From Candidatus Saccharicenans subterraneus (lineage in GTDB: Bacteria > Acidobacteriota > Aminicenantia > Aminicenantales > Saccharicenantaceae), in NCBI GenBank assembly GCA_003426165.1, contig QUAH01000009.1, positions 64,620-128,619 of the forward strand: a stretch of DNA of 64,000 nt, in the 5' to 3' direction. This document shows positions 22,799 to 33,076 of the stretch, one piece after another. A model generated the notes under the pieces. It was not told the DNA's origin and made no database searches. It saw nothing but the letters and a program-made list of their open reading frames with translations. The position numbers and the translations under genes were made by a program. Numbering within the stretch: position 1 is the first letter of the stretch; the number at the start of each line of letters is the position of its first letter.

Positions 22799-25700
22799 AT
22801 GGCTCAAAAAGCATTCCAGCTTAAAAAAACTTTCGTCTTTTTGATAATTCTGGCGGTTTTGTTCCTTGGCCTGGTGGCCCGGCCATCCTTCTCCCGGAGC
22901 AGCTATGACCTCAACAAGGAAAAAGTCCTGTTTACCGTGGGTTATGCCCACCTCGACACCCAGTGGCGCTGGGACTACCAGAAGACGATTAAAGAATACA
23001 TCTGGAATACCATGGTCGATAATTTTGCCCTGTTCGAGAAATATCCGAATTACGTTTTCAATTTCAGCGGGGCCAACCGCTACCGGATGATGAAGGAATA
23101 TTACCCGAAGGAATATGAGAAGGTTAAAGACTATGTGGCCAGGGGGCGCTGGTTTCCCTCTGGTTCCTCCATGGAAGAGAATGATGTCATGGCCCCGTCC
23201 TTTGAGTCCATCATCAGGCAGATTCTCTACGGCACCGAGTATTTCAAGAAGGAATTCGGGTTCAGCAGCAAGGAGTACATGCTGCCCGATTGCTTCGGTT
23301 TCCCGGCTTCTCTGCCTTCAATCCTGGCTCATTGCGGCCTGAAAGGCTTTTCCACCCAGAAGCTGACCTGGGGTTCGGCGGTCGGGGTTCCGTTCAACAT
23401 AGGCACCTGGTACGGTCCGGACGGGCAGTTCATAGTGGCTGCCCTCAACCCAGGTGATTACACCGGCAAGATAACCGGCGACCTGACCCAGAATCCGACC
23501 TGGAGGCTCAGGGTCAGCGAAAACGGGCAGAAGTACGGCGTCTTTGGTGATTACATGTATTTCGGCACCGGAGATGTCGGCGGGGCTCCGGAGGAAAACT
23601 CGGTCCGGAACCTGGAGCTGAGCCTGGAGAGCAGCAAGCAGTCAGACCTCAAGGTGGTCTCGTCCCGGGCCGACGAGTTTTTCCTGAACCTGAATGAAAC
23701 GCAGAAAAAAAGATTGCCCACCTACAGTGGCGAGTTCCTGCTGACCAACCACTCAGCTGGCTCGATCACTTCCCAGGCGGCCATGAAACGCTGGAACCGC
23801 AAGAACGAGTTCCTGGGCTATTCGACCGAAGCGGCGGCAGTGGTGGCCGACTGGCTGGGCGGGGCGGCCTACAACAGGGAAAAAATCAACGAGGCCTGGC
23901 GCCTGGTCCTCGGCGCCCAGTTTCATGATATTCTGCCCGGGACCAGCATTCCCCGGGCCTACGAGTTTTCCTGGAACGATGAAATCCTGGCGGCCAACCA
24001 GTTCAGCTCGGTCCTCAAAGATTCAGCCGGTGCGGTCATCCGGGCCCTGGACACCAGGGTGAGTGGCTACCCGGTGGTCGTCTATAACCCGCTGGCTTTT
24101 GACCGGGAAGACGTGGTGGAAACCGAGCTGGAATTGCCTCAGTCTGCTGACCAGCTGAGAGTTTTTGCTGCTGACGGTCGGGAAGTCCCGTCCCAGGTCC
24201 TTGGAAAAAATGAACGTACAGTCAGGCTGGCTTTCGTGGCCACCGTTCCGTCTCTCGGCTTTAGCGTTTACGATGTCAGGCCTTCATCTGAACCCTGCCG
24301 CCTGAATACCGGTTTAAGAGTTGGCCCTAACCTCCTGGAAAACGGCCGTTACCTGGTTAAGCTCAACAAAGATGGCGAAGTATCGAGCATCTTCGACAAG
24401 AAGGCCGGCCGGGAGCTGCTGGCCTCTTCCGCCAGGCTATCCTTCCACTATGAAAAGCCGCAGCAATGGCCGGCCTGGAACATGGACTGGGAAGACCGGA
24501 TGAAGCCGCCTGCCGGGTATGTGACCGGCCCGGCCAGGGTTACCGTCGTGGAAAACGGCCCGGCCAGGGTAGCCATAGAAATAGAGAGGGAAGCCCGTGG
24601 TTCCAGGTTTGTCCAGACCGTGCGCCTGGCGGCCGGCGGGGCGGGCGACCGGCTGGAATTTTATAACCTGATCGACTGGGCCACAAGGGAATCGTCTCTA
24701 AAAGCCGCCTTTCCCCTCACCGTTTCCAATCCCCTGGCCACCTACAACTGGGGGCTGGGGACCATTCAGCGGGGAAATAATGACCCAAAGAAATTCGAGG
24801 TGCCCTCGCACCTGTGGTTCGACCTGACCGATAAAAGCGGCAGTTACGGCGTTTCCATCCTGGAGGATTGCAAGTACGGTTCCGATAAGCCGGCCGACAA
24901 CATGCTGCGCCTGACGCTGCTTTATACACCTGGGGTTAGGTCCTGGCCCGGAGAGCAGGCCACCCAGGACTTCGGCCGGCATGAAATTCTTTACGCCGTT
25001 TACGGTCACCAGGGAGACTGGCGACAGGGCGGGACCGGACAGCAGGCCCTGCGGCTTAACCAGCCGCTCCTGGCCTTCCAGACTGTTGCCCATGAGGGCA
25101 GCCTGGGCAAGAATGTTTCTTTCCTGAGGGTCAGCCAGGATAACCTCCATATCTCGGCCGTGAAGAAGGCAGAAAATTCAGACGAGGTAATAATCAGGCT
25201 GGTCGAGACCAAAGGCCAGAGTTTAAAGAAAGCCACGCTGTCTTTCCTGACCGGAATCAGCGCAGCCCGCGAAGTCAACGGCGTGGAAGAGGAAGTCGGT
25301 CCGGCCCTGGTGCGCGAGGGCAAGCTGGTCTTTGATATTAATAGTTACGGAATTAAGACCTTCGCCTTAAAGCTTCTTCCTGCCACCAGTCCGTTGAACT
25401 CGCCGACATCAGTTGCGGTAGAACTCCCGTACAATGTGGATATCTTCAGCCACGACGAAAACCGCAAGGACGGTGCTTTTGATGACAGCGGGCGAAGCTT
25501 CCCGGCCGAATTGGTGCCGGATACCATCGTGACCGATAGCCTCAGCTTCAAGCTGGGTCCGAAAGAAGAAGGGGCCAAAAATGCTGTGGCCTGCCAGGGC
25601 CAGGAAATAGAGCTGCCGGACGGAAAGTTTAACCGCCTGTACATTCTGGCCGCTGCTTCCGCGGAAAATCAGAAAGGTCAATTCAAAGTAGGGGAAGAGG

Positions 25701-26815
25701 CCTTGGAGATTCCGGTGGCTTACTGGTCAGGCTTTATCGGACAGTGGGATAACCGGACCTGGGCCGAGGGCCCGACCGGAAAAATTGACTTTGACCGGGA
25801 TAAATATACCTACACCGGGGTTGTCCCGGGATATACCAGGCAGGACGAGGTAGCTTTTTTCACCACCCATCTCCATCATCCGGCTGAGGGCAATGAACCT
25901 TACATCTACGGATACGTGTTCAAGTATGCAATGGAGCTGCCGGCCGGAGTACGGAAGGTCAAGCTTCCGGTAAACCCGGCCATCAAGGTCCTGGCCATGA
26001 CCGTGGCCTGGAACGAAAATGACAACAGCCGGCCTGCCCGGAATCTCTTTGACGTGCTTAAGAGAGACCAGGCTGACTATGAAAGATGGCAGGTGGTCCC
26101 GATTCCAGTCATCAGTCCGGCCCGGGCTTATGTCAGTCCTTCCGAGCCGGCCAGCGTGAATATCAATGTTTCGCTGGAAGGGGCTGAGATTCGGTATACG
26201 CTGGATGGCAGCGAGCCGACCGAAAAGTCCCCGGTCTACGAGGGCCCGATAACCATCAAGGGCACGGCGGTTCTCAAAGCCCTGGCTTTTCACCCGAGGC
26301 GGCAGCCGAGCCCGGTGGCTTCAGCTTTTTACAGCCAGTCCTATCCCGTTAAAGACATCGTTTATTTCAGCCCGCCGGCTTCCTCCCGTCCGGGTGCGGC
26401 CGGAGAAAAGACTCTCATCGACCTGGTCAAGGCCAGGCCCGAGGCCAGGGACCAGAACTGGCAGGGTTACGAAGGCAATGACCTGGTGGTGGTCCTGGAC
26501 CTCGGCCGAAAGCAGGACCTCTACGAGCTGGAGCTCAGTTGCTTCGAGAATAATAATGCCAGGATTTTCCTTCCGGCCAGGGTGGAAGTGGAAGTATCGC
26601 TGGATGGCCGGAAGTTTGAAAAGGTAGCCGAAAAAGAATATGCCCTGCCGGAAAAGCCACAGGGACCGGCCCAGAAATCGCTATACGTTTCTCTGCGGGG
26701 TTCCGAAGGACGTTTTCTACGGATAAAAGCTATCAATGTTGGCACGGTTCCGGATGGCTTCCGCAATGCCGGTCAGAAAGCCTGGATGCTGTTTGACGAG
26801 CTGTATGTGAGGTAA
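22799..26815 (+). CDS. GH38 alpha-mannosidase, secreted, with C-terminal Fn3-associated and F5/8-like domains
   Basis: Signal peptide; AHLDTQWRW, nucleophile region LPDCFG, QFHDILPGT; IRYTLDGSEPT; VVLDLG...FDEL discoidin-like tail. Confidence 0.92.
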   Translation: MAQKAFQLKKTFVFLIILAVLFLGLVARPSFSRSSYDLNKEKVLFTVGYAHLDTQWRWDYQKTIKEYIWNTMVDNFALFEKYPNYVFNFSGANRYRMMKEYYPKEYEKVKDYVARGRWFPSGSSMEENDVMAPSFESIIRQILYGTEYFKKEFGFSSKEYMLPDCFGFPASLPSILAHCGLKGFSTQKLTWGSAVGVPFNIGTWYGPDGQFIVAALNPGDYTGKITGDLTQNPTWRLRVSENGQKYGVFGDYMYFGTGDVGGAPEENSVRNLELSLESSKQSDLKVVSSRADEFFLNLNETQKKRLPTYSGEFLLTNHSAGSITSQAAMKRWNRKNEFLGYSTEAAAVVADWLGGAAYNREKINEAWRLVLGAQFHDILPGTSIPRAYEFSWNDEILAANQFSSVLKDSAGAVIRALDTRVSGYPVVVYNPLAFDREDVVETELELPQSADQLRVFAADGREVPSQVLGKNERTVRLAFVATVPSLGFSVYDVRPSSEPCRLNTGLRVGPNLLENGRYLVKLNKDGEVSSIFDKKAGRELLASSARLSFHYEKPQQWPAWNMDWEDRMKPPAGYVTGPARVTVVENGPARVAIEIEREARGSRFVQTVRLAAGGAGDRLEFYNLIDWATRESSLKAAFPLTVSNPLATYNWGLGTIQRGNNDPKKFEVPSHLWFDLTDKSGSYGVSILEDCKYGSDKPADNMLRLTLLYTPGVRSWPGEQATQDFGRHEILYAVYGHQGDWRQGGTGQQALRLNQPLLAFQTVAHEGSLGKNVSFLRVSQDNLHISAVKKAENSDEVIIRLVETKGQSLKKATLSFLTGISAAREVNGVEEEVGPALVREGKLVFDINSYGIKTFALKLLPATSPLNSPTSVAVELPYNVDIFSHDENRKDGAFDDSGRSFPAELVPDTIVTDSLSFKLGPKEEGAKNAVACQGQEIELPDGKFNRLYILAAASAENQKGQFKVGEEALEIPVAYWSGFIGQWDNRTWAEGPTGKIDFDRDKYTYTGVVPGYTRQDEVAFFTTHLHHPAEGNEPYIYGYVFKYAMELPAGVRKVKLPVNPAIKVLAMTVAWNENDNSRPARNLFDVLKRDQADYERWQVVPIPVISPARAYVSPSEPASVNINVSLEGAEIRYTLDGSEPTEKSPVYEGPITIKGTAVLKALAFHPRRQPSPVASAFYSQSYPVKDIVYFSPPASSRPGAAGEKTLIDLVKARPEARDQNWQGYEGNDLVVVLDLGRKQDLYELELSCFENNNARIFLPARVEVEVSLDGRKFEKVAEKEYALPEKPQGPAQKSLYVSLRGSEGRFLRIKAINVGTVPDGFRNAGQKAWMLFDELYVR

Positions 26816-26861
26816 TAATCAAACGGCTTGACGGGCGGAGGCTCGATTCGGTTTTATTTTA

Positions 26862-28349
26862 TCAGTACCTGGCTTCCAGTTTCTTATAAATCTTGGCCAG
26901 CCGGTCGAAGGCAGTGGTGACATGCTTATCCAGGGCCTGGCTGGCAGCAGCCGGGTTCCGGCGATGTAACTGGCTGAACTTTGATTCAAAGAGCTTCTGG
27001 CCGTTCAGGTATTCTTTTTCCAGGGGCCGGAGTTCTTTGTTAACCACCTGTATCATCTGGCCGTAGTTGCCCTCGACCAGCCTTTCGAACCTGAGCACCC
27101 TGGTATGAAGCAGGCGGTCGCGGGCGGCGATCAGCTCTTCGGGCTGGAAATGCTGCCGGTAGAAGAGTTCGTAGTCATGGTTGGTCGGGCCGGCGCCCAG
27201 GCCTTCGGGCATTTTTTCTATTCCGTAATATATCGGAAGATAGATGGTGGTATCGGGTTTGCCCAGGGCCAGCCATAACAGGATAGAAATCGGTTCCGGC
27301 TTCTGGCTATCGAGGACAGCCACAAATGAATTAATGGTGGAGCTGGTACAGATGGTGCGAAATTTGGTTAAATTGGGGCTGCCTTCTTTATACCCGTTGG
27401 TGGCATCGTACTCGGTTCCCTCGTAATGGTCGCGAAGCAGGGACATCAGCATTTCGGCGGTTACCTTGCGGGCCGGTTTGAAGGAAAAGGGAAAATCGTC
27501 TTCAACCTTCCAGTCTTTCCCACTCAAGATGACCAGCCCCCGCCACATCCGGAGACTGTTGCCGTCAGATACCGGATCCCGGCGTGAAGGCCGGCTGAAG
27601 GCCTTTTTGAAATCGAAGGGCCCGTCTTTTTCTTCATCGTACCAGCCATTCTTCCTGGCATATTCAATGATATCCGGACTGCCCATGAAATTATCGGTGT
27701 CGTCCAGCCTGACCTGCCTGATGGTGTAGTAATTGGGGATTACCGCCACCTCATCATCGGGCACCCGCTGGGCCAGCCAGTGCCGGCCCCTGATAACGGC
27801 CAGCATCCAGGCTTCGTTCTTGTCGGCGATTGAGTAAGTTCTGCCGGAGGAACGATAGCCATACTTTTCCACCAGTTCTCCGGCCAGCCTGACCGCTTCC
27901 CGGGCCGTTCTGGCCTTTTCGGCCACTATCCTTCTCAGCATGTAGCCGAGACCGCCGTCGGTGTAATCCTCGGCGTTTTCACGGGAGCTGCAGGCATCCG
28001 AGGTGATCACCAGGCCGTGCTCGTTGACGAAGCTGTCGGCGAATTCTTGGGTGGAAGCTTCAATCCAGATAAAGCCGTTGGTCCGGCCGTCGGTCTGGTA
28101 GGTGGCCTGGCCCAGGTTAATCTTGACTTCTGGCCCGTAGTTACGAGGAGCAATTTTCCTGACATTAACGATGATGTCGCCGGTGTCATCTTCATTGTGG
28201 GCCACCATGACCGAGCCATCAGCGCTGGCCTTTTTGCCCACCAGGACGGTGTAGCAGTTGAGTTCTTTCCGGTCTGCGGCCTGTAGCGTCAGGCCCATGA
28301 CCAGGAATAAGATGGCTATTATCGTAAGTCTAAGACTGCGACTTTTCAT
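26862..28349 (-). CDS. C69 family dipeptidase (Ntn hydrolase), secreted
   Basis: Start at MKSRSLR after GGAGG; signal peptide followed by CYTVLVGKKASADGSVMVAHNED; TAREAV; IADKNEAW. Confidence 0.9.
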   Translation of the reverse strand: MKSRSLRLTIIAILFLVMGLTLQAADRKELNCYTVLVGKKASADGSVMVAHNEDDTGDIIVNVRKIAPRNYGPEVKINLGQATYQTDGRTNGFIWIEASTQEFADSFVNEHGLVITSDACSSRENAEDYTDGGLGYMLRRIVAEKARTAREAVRLAGELVEKYGYRSSGRTYSIADKNEAWMLAVIRGRHWLAQRVPDDEVAVIPNYYTIRQVRLDDTDNFMGSPDIIEYARKNGWYDEEKDGPFDFKKAFSRPSRRDPVSDGNSLRMWRGLVILSGKDWKVEDDFPFSFKPARKVTAEMLMSLLRDHYEGTEYDATNGYKEGSPNLTKFRTICTSSTINSFVAVLDSQKPEPISILLWLALGKPDTTIYLPIYYGIEKMPEGLGAGPTNHDYELFYRQHFQPEELIAARDRLLHTRVLRFERLVEGNYGQMIQVVNKELRPLEKEYLNGQKLFESKFSQLHRRNPAAASQALDKHVTTAFDRLAKIYKKLEARY

Positions 28350-28616
28350 GAATATCCTCCGTTTCGGTTCAGCCTTCGGGTCTGGCACCGGGCAATTAAT
28401 ATAACTTAAAGAGAGACGCGGAAGCAAACAGGTTGTCTGTACCGGGCAACTATTTATTGATTTATTAATTTGAAGGGCAGCCTTAGGGACAGGTCGGGGG
28501 CTGTCCGGAAGAGCAGGCCGAGGCACCGCCTCACCGCTTATTGAGAAATGATTACGGCTTCTTTCCTTTTCCAGGTTATAATCTTTCCGCCGATTCCTTT
28601 TAGGAGGTAGATGCTT

Positions 28617-29048
28617 ATGGCCGGAAAAGAAACCATTGTGGCCGACTGGCTGGATGGCGTGGCTTTTGAAACAGCCGTGGATGAACACCGGATAATTCTC
28701 GATACTCCCCAGGATTTCGGGGGCAAAAACCGTGGCCCACGGCCCAAGCCGCTGCTGCTGGTGGCCCTGGCCGGCTGTACCGGCATGGACGTGATCTCCA
28801 TGTTGCAGAAGATGAGGGTGCCGGTGGAGAAATTCAGGGTGGTGGTTGAGGGCGACCTGACGGCCGAGCATCCCAAACAATTCTACCGCATTCATCTCGT
28901 CTATGAATTTACCGGGAAAAACCTGCCGCCCGAAAAACTCAGGCAGGCCATAGAGCTATCGCAGGAGAAGTACTGCGGGGTCAGCGCCACCATCAAGAAA
29001 GCCATGCCCCTGACCTGGGAAATGAGGATAACGAGCTCCGAGGGCTGA
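28617..29048 (+). CDS. OsmC/YhfA family protein
   Basis: GPRPKPLLLVALAGCTGMDV and EKYCGVS conserved Cys motifs; AGGAGG RBS. Confidence 0.92.
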   Translation: MAGKETIVADWLDGVAFETAVDEHRIILDTPQDFGGKNRGPRPKPLLLVALAGCTGMDVISMLQKMRVPVEKFRVVVEGDLTAEHPKQFYRIHLVYEFTGKNLPPEKLRQAIELSQEKYCGVSATIKKAMPLTWEMRITSSEG

Positions 29049-29138
29049 GGTTTTAAGCCTGGCGATGGATTTTTTTAAAAGTCAATTCTCTTAACACCGG
29101 GGATAAACGTCCAGGCCGGGGAATAAGGATAAACCAGA

Positions 29139-29321
29139 TTATTCCGTCTTTTCTTTTTCGGCAGATTCTTCGGGTTCCCGGTCGCGGGGTGGCCGGCGTC
29201 GTGGGCAGGAGGTCACGGGGCAAACCGCGCAGTCAGACTTTTTATCTAATTCAGCGTAGAATTTCTTGATAAATTCTTTGAGTTCTTCGTCGCTCATCCG
29301 GCTAAGGTCTTTCTCGTCCAT
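29139..29321 (-). CDS. small protein with C-x2-C-x4-C-x2-R motif
   Basis: 60 aa from MDEKDLSR; GAGAGAAGGA RBS; CAVCPVTSCPRR; 26 nt downstream of the hemerythrin gene. Confidence 0.6.
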   Translation of the reverse strand: MDEKDLSRMSDEELKEFIKKFYAELDKKSDCAVCPVTSCPRRRPPRDREPEESAEKEKTE

Positions 29322-29347
29322 GGGTTTCCTTCTCTCAAAATCTGCTT

Positions 29348-29917
29348 TCAACCCGATTCAGCTTGAATAAGGTATTTTTCTTCCAGCCTGTCCAGCAGCC
29401 GGTGGAATTCCTGGTGGCGACCGGGGCCAACGATTTCACGCTCGATGCGGTCAAACCCGTTTTTGAGATTCTCCTGGGTCTTCTTGCCCAACCGACTGTC
29501 GGCCAGCGGATACAGGATATTATCTTCTTTTTCTATATGAGCGGCCAGCAGTTCAGCATAGGCTCTGGCCTGGCGGGCGAAATTCAGCCCGGCCCGGTCT
29601 TCCCCCCTGGTTATTCCGCTCACCGACTCGTCCATGTCCTTGATCAGGGCCCGGCCAGCCTGGTGATCAGCCAGCATGACTCCAATTGGACCCTGGTCCC
29701 CGGAAATCCCGGCTTTTTCCATGGCCGGGAATAACAGCTCCTCTTCCTTGGCATGATGGCAGCGGTCTGCGAAGACCTTCAGAAATTCCAGGATATCGCT
29801 GAGGTCTTTTAAGTCTGCGCCCCGGCCGGCTTCCAGCCTCCTGGCCACCTCGGTGAGTATGTTCAGCATAATTTTTATTGCCCGGTGTTCCTTCTTCAAT
29901 TCATCCGTGGGTTTCAT
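29348..29917 (-). CDS. hemerythrin (HHE) domain protein
   Basis: LKKEH, CHHAKEE, MLADH, HIEKEDNILYP; GGAGGGG RBS. Confidence 0.92.
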   Translation of the reverse strand: MKPTDELKKEHRAIKIMLNILTEVARRLEAGRGADLKDLSDILEFLKVFADRCHHAKEEELLFPAMEKAGISGDQGPIGVMLADHQAGRALIKDMDESVSGITRGEDRAGLNFARQARAYAELLAAHIEKEDNILYPLADSRLGKKTQENLKNGFDRIEREIVGPGRHQEFHRLLDRLEEKYLIQAESG

Positions 29918-29934
29918 TTTCCCCTCCCACATCC

Positions 29935-29963
29935 AGATTAGACCCCGCGGTCTGGTCTGTCAA
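29935..29963 (-). promoter_or_regulatory. sigma70-type promoter for the hemerythrin operon
   Basis: TTGACA-N17-TAATCT just upstream of the RBS. Confidence 0.65.
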
Positions 29964-30251
29964 TCAGGCCTGGCGGCAAAGCGGGTGATTCCTGAAGGGT
30001 TTGGATTTAACGAATGATCTGAATTTTTCCCTGATCGGGGCGATAATTCTGGTGAAAAATAGATTTTCACGGGATTGTTTTTCCTTATTCCTTATCCGTC
30101 TCGGCCAGACTGGGTCTGGTCGTCTGAAGGCGGGGCGAGCCGTTTGATTTAGGATGACTGGAAAGATACTTGCAGGCAGCGCTGTTGCTCAACAGCCGGG
30201 AATATGGAAAACAGGAAGGTGGAAAGTAAGTTGACTGGGAATACAGAGAAA

Positions 30252-30337
30252 TGCCGAGGGCCGGACTCGAACCGGCACGGAGTTTACACCCCGAGGGATT
30301 TTAAGTCCCTTGCGTCTACCAATTCCGCCACCCCGGC
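30252..30337 (-). tRNA. tRNA-Leu (TAA)
   Basis: GCCGGGGTGGCGGAATTGGTAGACGC-AGGGACTTAAAATCCCT, long variable arm, GGTTCGAGTCC; CCA not encoded. Confidence 0.95.
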
Positions 30338-30541
30338 GGCTCCTGATAATTTAAACACAATCGGGCAGGCCGGTCAACACTTCCACTTCGCTTGGTGACC
30401 TAAAGGTCTTTTTAGGCTAGTTAAATCCCTGGGGGTTCCGGGACCTGTTAAATAAAAGAACCCCCGCATATTTGGGCGCAGATTTTTCAGCCCCGATCGC
30501 CTTCAGATTAGGGTCACGGCAAGGGGAATTGCCTGGTCAGT

Positions 30542-31288
30542 TCAATCCCACTTGCCCAATCCCGGACCGGCCGGGCTCAAATATTCTACCCCGTGATACC
30601 CTCCGCAGGGATCATTGTAAATGCTTTGGATTATAGCAAACTGACCCCATATAGACGGGCCGATTTCGGTACCGTCTGCCCTGTACCATTTTCCATTGTT
30701 ATATGTCGCATCAGCTGGTACTGCTACTATTTTTTCAAACCAGGTCCACTGACATTCTTTCCCCGTGGTATCTTTGTAGGTCCCTGATTGATGGTTGGTT
30801 AACCAGGCTCCCGATCCAATATATGATGAATATCCATAATGTCTGTCAAGTTGTCCATCTCCATCACAGTCCATATTGCTTAACCAGGCGTCATTCCATT
30901 TCATGTTCAATACGTCTTGACGATAAGGCCAGTACCACTTTTTCTGAACTTCTTGTATTTGTAGATCAGAATATCCTTCTTCTTTGAGCCGAGAGAAATA
31001 GGCTTCATCATCGCCTTCATACGGTGGATAGCCGTCTCTACCTAGATAGGCGTTGCAATAGTAGCCGTTGAAGATATGGGCCTGGTAATTATAACCAAAT
31101 GGATCAAAACCCGGTTTAATCGGGCTGCCTGCCAGATAATGACCGGCAGAGTAAACCAATAATCCATCCTGGATTTTTGTGCATTGATCTGGTCCCTGCG
31201 CTGCAATGGCGGTCTCGTCTGTGCAGAGGCTGACCAGCAAAAAGAGGACACCAAAAACCCAGAGGACAGAAAAAATTACTCTTTTCAT
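30542..31288 (-). CDS. hypothetical secreted protein, Tyr/Trp/Gly-rich, with DxDGDG motif
   Basis: GGGAGGGG RBS, signal peptide, DCDGDGQLD; AT-richer codon usage than its neighbours. Confidence 0.8.
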   Translation of the reverse strand: MKRVIFSVLWVFGVLFLLVSLCTDETAIAAQGPDQCTKIQDGLLVYSAGHYLAGSPIKPGFDPFGYNYQAHIFNGYYCNAYLGRDGYPPYEGDDEAYFSRLKEEGYSDLQIQEVQKKWYWPYRQDVLNMKWNDAWLSNMDCDGDGQLDRHYGYSSYIGSGAWLTNHQSGTYKDTTGKECQWTWFEKIVAVPADATYNNGKWYRADGTEIGPSIWGQFAIIQSIYNDPCGGYHGVEYLSPAGPGLGKWD

Positions 31289-31420
31289 AGAAACCCCTCC
31301 CTTAAAAATCTTGCAAATTAATTTTGGAACAAAAAATTCTATTTTGTCAAGACTCGTGCCTAAAAAATAAGACGGTTACCTCACCATCAAATGCACTTCA
31401 ATGCCGGCAGTTAGGAAGTT

Positions 31421-31960
31421 TTAGAAGAATACTGAAACTCCTATTAAGAACTGGTGGCTGTTAAAATTTTCCGTGATGTCCATGTCCTTGAGGCGGTTGT
31501 GCAGATACCGGTATTCGAACCTGATGGCTGCCGAATTTCCGACCAGGTACTTGAGCCCGGCTCCGGCGTTGAAGACGAAGCCGTTGAATTCACTATCTGC
31601 TTCCATCAGATAGCCAATCTTGACCCCATTGGTAATTCCGACACCGGCCAGAAGGAAAGGCCGAAAAGAGCCGGCCGTCTTGAAGTTATAAACGCCGTTC
31701 AGGTTGAAGAGATAACCCATGTCGCTATCTTCGACCTTCATCAGGAATAATTCCGGCTCGACCTCTAATCCTTTCCAGAGATAATAACCCAGCCTGAGGG
31801 GGATGGCCAAGATATCGAAGGCCTCGGTGGAACCGGAACTCTTGACGCTGCTGTAGTCAAAACCGATGCCCAGCTCCCATTTTTTACCTTCGGGTTGGGC
31901 CGAGGCGGTCAGGGCCAGGACCATCAGGCCGATAAAAGTCAGGACCAGCAGTTTTTTCAT
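31421..31960 (-). CDS. outer-membrane beta-barrel protein (8-strand OmpA/porin-like)
   Basis: AAGGAG RBS; MKKLL signal peptide ending ASA; PFLLAGVG, FNAGAGLKY, IRFEYRY; C-terminal Phe. Confidence 0.85.
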   Translation of the reverse strand: MKKLLVLTFIGLMVLALTASAQPEGKKWELGIGFDYSSVKSSGSTEAFDILAIPLRLGYYLWKGLEVEPELFLMKVEDSDMGYLFNLNGVYNFKTAGSFRPFLLAGVGITNGVKIGYLMEADSEFNGFVFNAGAGLKYLVGNSAAIRFEYRYLHNRLKDMDITENFNSHQFLIGVSVFF

Positions 31961-32249
31961 GTTTACTCCTTTTTGCATGATTTTTTTAACAAATCTTCCC
32001 CTTCAACTACTGTATCTTAACAAAAGGTGCTGGCCGACTTCAAACGGTTGAGTTGGCATAGGTGGGCTTGCGTACATTCAGACAATGTGGAGATGGGGTC
32101 AGTACCTGATAATTCCACGGGGAAAGAGCCGGACTTGACTGTGGCCAGGCCGCGGGATTATCTTCTCCTCGGGCCTCATTGATGTGCTGATGGATCTTAA
32201 GGTAAGAGGGAAATTTATTAAATCCAGCCTGAGGAGTTTTCGGACTGAA

Positions 32250-32957
32250 ATGGCAAAGAGCAGCATGCCCGCCATTCTGATAATGCTGATTATCGCCATG
32301 GGTGACCCGCTCCCCGCAACCGGCTCTAGGGGACAGATGGCTTATGATGAAGGCCTGGCAGCTCTTACCTCCGGTTCGGCTGGAGGGCCGCAATTAAGCC
32401 AGGTTATACCTGATTTCGGGCCGGATGGGCTTAAAGGCCTGACCGAAGAGCAGAAGAAAAAAATCTTATCGGGTGAGGTGGTGCTGGTTTCTTCCCATGA
32501 GGGGGCGCCGGAGGGCAAAAGCATAATCTCTGCCGTCCTGGTTTTTGAGGTCCCCGTGGAAAGGGCCTGGGCGATTCTCTCCGCTCCCGAGCTTCAGGCC
32601 GAGTACCTTGAGGAAATTGAAGAGCTGAAGACCGTGGAGCGGGGGCCTGATTTTAACCGGATGTTCTTTCTGGTGAAGGTGATGGGTCAGAGGGTCCGGT
32701 ATACCGTCATCCATCACTTCTGGCCCGACCAGTTCTACCTGTGGTGGGAACTCGACCGCAACGAGCCGCATGACTTAAAAGAGTTGTATGGCTTCTGGAA
32801 GCTGTTCAGGTACGATGAGCGCAGGACGGTGGCCCGTTATGGAACTTTCGTCAGGCCCGCCTTCCCGGTTCCGGCTTTTCTCCGTAACTGGCTTTCCAGG
32901 AGCAATGTCCGCCACTCCCTGGCCACGGTAAAGAAATACGTGGAAGGAAGAAAATAA
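32250..32957 (+). CDS. exported SRPBCC/START-like (polyketide cyclase fold) protein
   Basis: VPVERAWAIL...YLEEIEE pattern and LYGFWKL; N-terminal hydrophobic segment. Start uncertain (32184 or 32250). Confidence 0.65.
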   Translation: MAKSSMPAILIMLIIAMGDPLPATGSRGQMAYDEGLAALTSGSAGGPQLSQVIPDFGPDGLKGLTEEQKKKILSGEVVLVSSHEGAPEGKSIISAVLVFEVPVERAWAILSAPELQAEYLEEIEELKTVERGPDFNRMFFLVKVMGQRVRYTVIHHFWPDQFYLWWELDRNEPHDLKELYGFWKLFRYDERRTVARYGTFVRPAFPVPAFLRNWLSRSNVRHSLATVKKYVEGRK

Positions 32958-33076
32958 TAATATGGGGCTGTAGCGACCCGATTCCCCGGGATAAAACGAG
33001 CAGGAAGGGGAGCCGGCTCTGTCGTTGACACCGGGAGGCGGTTGTCTTAAGCTTAAGGTAGCCAGGGAGGTTATCC

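Noticed and set aside
28485-28535. CAGGTC...CCGGAAGAGCAG resembling SRP RNA helix 8
   Set aside because: Spacing and pairing do not fit the CAGG-stem-GNRA-stem-AGCAG motif, and there is no long flanking helix.
28350-28895. ORF-track 5' extension of the C69 peptidase (677 aa)
   Set aside because: It overlaps osmC on the other strand; the RBS and signal peptide place the start at 28349.
29933-30337. tRNA-Leu as an integration site for a genomic island
   Set aside because: No integrase and no duplicated tRNA 3' end were found by eye in the window.
30431-30465. GGGGGTTC...GAACCCCC inverted repeat as a terminator
   Set aside because: 19-nt loop and no U-tract on either strand.
31345-31362. Minus-strand AGGCACGAGTCTTGA as a sigma54 promoter
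   Set aside because: The invariant -12 GC is GA; it overlaps a TTGACA that is better read as a sigma70 -35.
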